Source of the DNA: Rhizodiscina lignyota | Lineage: Eukaryota | NCBI GenBank assembly: GCA_010015805.1 | Contig: ML978126.1 | Span: forward strand, 1,550,001 to 1,614,000 | Length of the DNA stretch: 64,000 bases | Direction: 5' to 3' | In this document: one piece after another, positions 61,288 through 64,000 of the stretch | Position numbering within the stretch: the stretch's first letter is position 1 | Layout of the letters: every line of letters begins with the position of its first letter | Notes under the pieces: generated by a model | Told to the model about the DNA's origin: nothing | Seen by the model: the letters and a program-made list of their open reading frames with translations, nothing else | Database searches by the model: none | Program-made: the position numbers and the translations under genes

Positions 61288-64000
61288 TCATATCCTAAAC
61301 TTCTTGAAATATGGAGCCCACGACGCCGCACTGTCAATATGCCACCAAGAAAATTTGGTACCGTGTGAGCAAATGTCCTCCTCATTCCCGGTCCATGTTC
61401 CCAATCCAATGTAGGCCCTCAACAAGTCCGGGCCATTCCTATTCAATATAAGTCCTTCAATATCATTAAAGACGTATGGTGCCTGCGGAGATGACCTGCT
61501 CCGGTCATGCGAGCTGGTTGGCGATAAAACATCTCCAGCCGATTCTGCTGAAACTTGCGAGACAGATGGCATCGATGTTTGCGATTTAGCACAGTTCTCT
61601 GGTTGCTGCCATGAAGATTCGTTGGATCGAAGGAAGGACTTGGCTTCAACAACATCTGATGCCAATGTCTCCTGCGATGTTGATTGTATGGGAGACCATG
61701 ATGCACTCCCAGGAGCCTAGATACGAGTAAGCGTTTGAAAAAGATAAGATGAACTTATCAACCATACCAGGATCTGCTCAGCAAAGCTGTTCTCCGATTC
61801 CGGTATCGCCCGCATTTCACTTATTCTTTCGAGGGCAATAGACAGCTTGTGAGTTAATTCAGAAGATAAATGTTCGCCTGGTTTCGCCAGGCGATATGTC
61901 GATCTTCGAAAAAAGTAAGCTTGGTTTTCAGACACTGGAGCGACGGTGGAAGCGATAATGATGGCAAAAGCCGTAGAACAGATCAGCGCGGTGTCCTCAT
62001 GCTCAGCTGAGCAGATCTCCTTTACCCAGAGGAAGTTGACATGAAGCTGGACCGTGATGGCGATTGCATGTTGCATAGAGAGCCCCAAGCTTGAAGGCTC
62101 AAGCCAAGTTCCTGATGCCAAACTTCTCGCATCTTCGACTGTATCAGGAGATATCCTCAGCCAGCTGTGGTCAGTGAACACCGCATACTTCGTGTCCCAA
62201 TGCCCAGGACCAAAAGATGAAGTTTCCACGAGGGAAATCCGGTGGACCTTGCCCTTAACAGTGCTGATCTCGAGAAGCTTGGAGGGTAGCCCGCTATGGT
62301 CTACTGATTGATGTGAAGAGCTTTTGGTTACGGCAAAGTCAGGGGACGACAAAGCAGGTGGCGGAAAAGCGATTCCCCAGCGCAGAAGAAGGTCACTCGC
62401 ACGCCACGATTGCCTCTTTCCGAGTTCTTGAGGTGATATATTCGGAACAGTTGTCTTTTTCCATCCCGTGCAGTCTTCACTGAAGTGCAGCGTTGCCCAA
62501 TTTAGGGATAAAGAGCGAGGGATGAAGTTTAGCAGTCGATCAAATCCGACTGCAATTTGGAGAGCAGTGGGGCGTGCAGAAGGAAGAGGATTGAGCATAG
62601 CGGCCGCAAGTACCCAGAGGCCCTCGAAGAGGGAATCGCATTGATCATTGGCGGCTCGCTCGAGTTGTCGGTTTAAATACCGTGCCGTTGCAGATAAACG
62701 ACGTCTCGTAAATTGATGTCCATTCTGACTGAAAACTCTGGAGACAAGATGTTCGCGGAGCAATTGGACTGAGCCTTGAGTGAGAATCACAAGGACCTCA
62801 GCAAAAACCGCACCAAGCGAGAAGATGTCGCTTTTCATTGTATGTATAGAGGATGAGAGAGCCTCTGGCGCAGAGAACATCTGCGGCATGTCTGATGCAG
62901 AAATCTTGATCGGCCGCGTAGCCATCTTCGTGGTCAAAGAATTACGCTCCGTGGTTGAACTTCCGAAGTCCGCGTACAAAAACTTCGTGCGAGCAATGAG
63001 AATATTGTCCGGTCGGATGTCGTTATGAAGGATTCTCTTCTGGTGAAGGTAGACCAATCCATCCACGAGTGCAATAAGACCAGCAAGGAGCTCGTGGCGC
63101 TGCACACTGCTGTAGTGTTTCGGGTCGAGAAGGTATCGCTCCAGATCAAAGTCGGCCACGGGCTCCATGAGCAGGGTTGGTCGCGGGCCTTGTGACAGCC
63201 CTGCCACAAATCGAACGCAGCTGGGATGGTTAATGAGTTGCAGAATCTCGATCTCACGTTGGAAATGCGCCAAGTCGACACCAGTCGCCCCTGGCTCCCG
63301 AAGAAGTTTCTGGGCGTAAGAAAAGCCTGTCGGGCCGTGTCGAATTTCCTCTACCCACGTGAAGGTGCCGCAACCAAGAGTCTGCACATTTTCAAAGCTG
63401 TCGCTCTGCTCCGAAAATGGAAGCACAAGAGCTCCAAGCAAATCAATGCGTTGTGCGAATGTAAATCTGGCTGCGTTATGAATAGCTCGGTGGGGTGCAC
63501 CAGAGCCTGATGTCGACGTTGCATCATTCATGAAATAAGCCGGCGAACTAGAAATAGAAGACGGAGAGAGCGCGCTAGAAGGACGCGTTATTGTCGTGCA
63601 GTTCCCAACAGCTGCAGGGACGGTGGCAGTATTGCTCACGGATGCCTTTCGCACTTTGCAACTATCCGGGTCTTGTTCAGGCCAGTCTCTAATATAGCGG
63701 GTTCCGTTGCGACTTTCATAGTAGTCGTGAAAGTGATCATGGAGATGGTTCAGTCTGTCTTTCCAGCTTTTGAATTTGTATCCCCCGAATCCACAGCGGG
63801 GCTCGAACAGTCGAGCGTTGACAGGCCTCGAGAAAAATGACTGCTCCACCAGTTTTTCTGTACTTTCTCTTCCTTGTGCATGGACTTGCGCCCTGACTAA
63901 ATGGTCTCTCATTTTGTCCTTTCTCAGAAACAACTTCGGGTCTTTTCTGCCCTCCCTTCGACACAGAATGCAAAGGTACACAGCTTGAGGTTGGCGCATC
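61288..64000 (-). CDS. Same fusion family, copy 3: C2H2/kinase/HET-like, apparently intact (5' end outside window)
   Basis: CILC...H...H and RCGFGG...HLHDHF fingers; GCGTF, YAQK, HNDIRPDN, DFG, APE; LPSKLLEI...KYAVF...QHAIAITVQLHVNFLWV. Intron 61767-61717 links in frame to ORF 61288-61665. Confidence 0.82.

Noticed and set aside
124..63988. Many antisense or overlapping ORFs in the track (e.g. 11739-12338, 32027-32827, 17953-18597)
   Set aside because: Shadows of real genes on the other strand or frame, with no independent motifs.

Overview
Intron-containing genomic DNA from a filamentous ascomycete (Pezizomycotina-type GT-AG introns with CTRAC branch sites). The left part holds housekeeping genes: the 3' end of PEX10, proteasome beta subunits PRE4 and PRE7, a SAP30BP/HCNGP gene, a DUF2235 lipase-like gene, a Ppo dioxygenase-P450 fusion and an M20 peptidase. 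A MYND gene and a decaying tandem array of BTB/POZ genes lie between the two proteasome genes. The middle has accessory or decaying genes: an alpha/beta hydrolase, an APH-like kinase, a nonsense-disrupted P-loop/HAD/PRTase fusion, SYS1 with a spliced uORF, a glyoxalase, an FMO and a nonsense-disrupted P450. It also carries a cryptic ~14-unit array with a 55-bp period. The most striking signal is in the ORF-poor 45-52 kb region: two convergent, TATA-driven U2 snRNA-like genes. They keep most of the U2 fold through compensatory changes, but the near-invariant GUAGUA branch-point recognition sequence is replaced by GAAGAU in one and GAAUAA in the other. The right end is a tandem array of three chimeric genes (C2H2 zinc fingers, non-RD kinase, HET-like domain, plus a homeodomain-like segment visible in one copy) in different states of decay. 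All calls come from reading the sequence; no searches were run.
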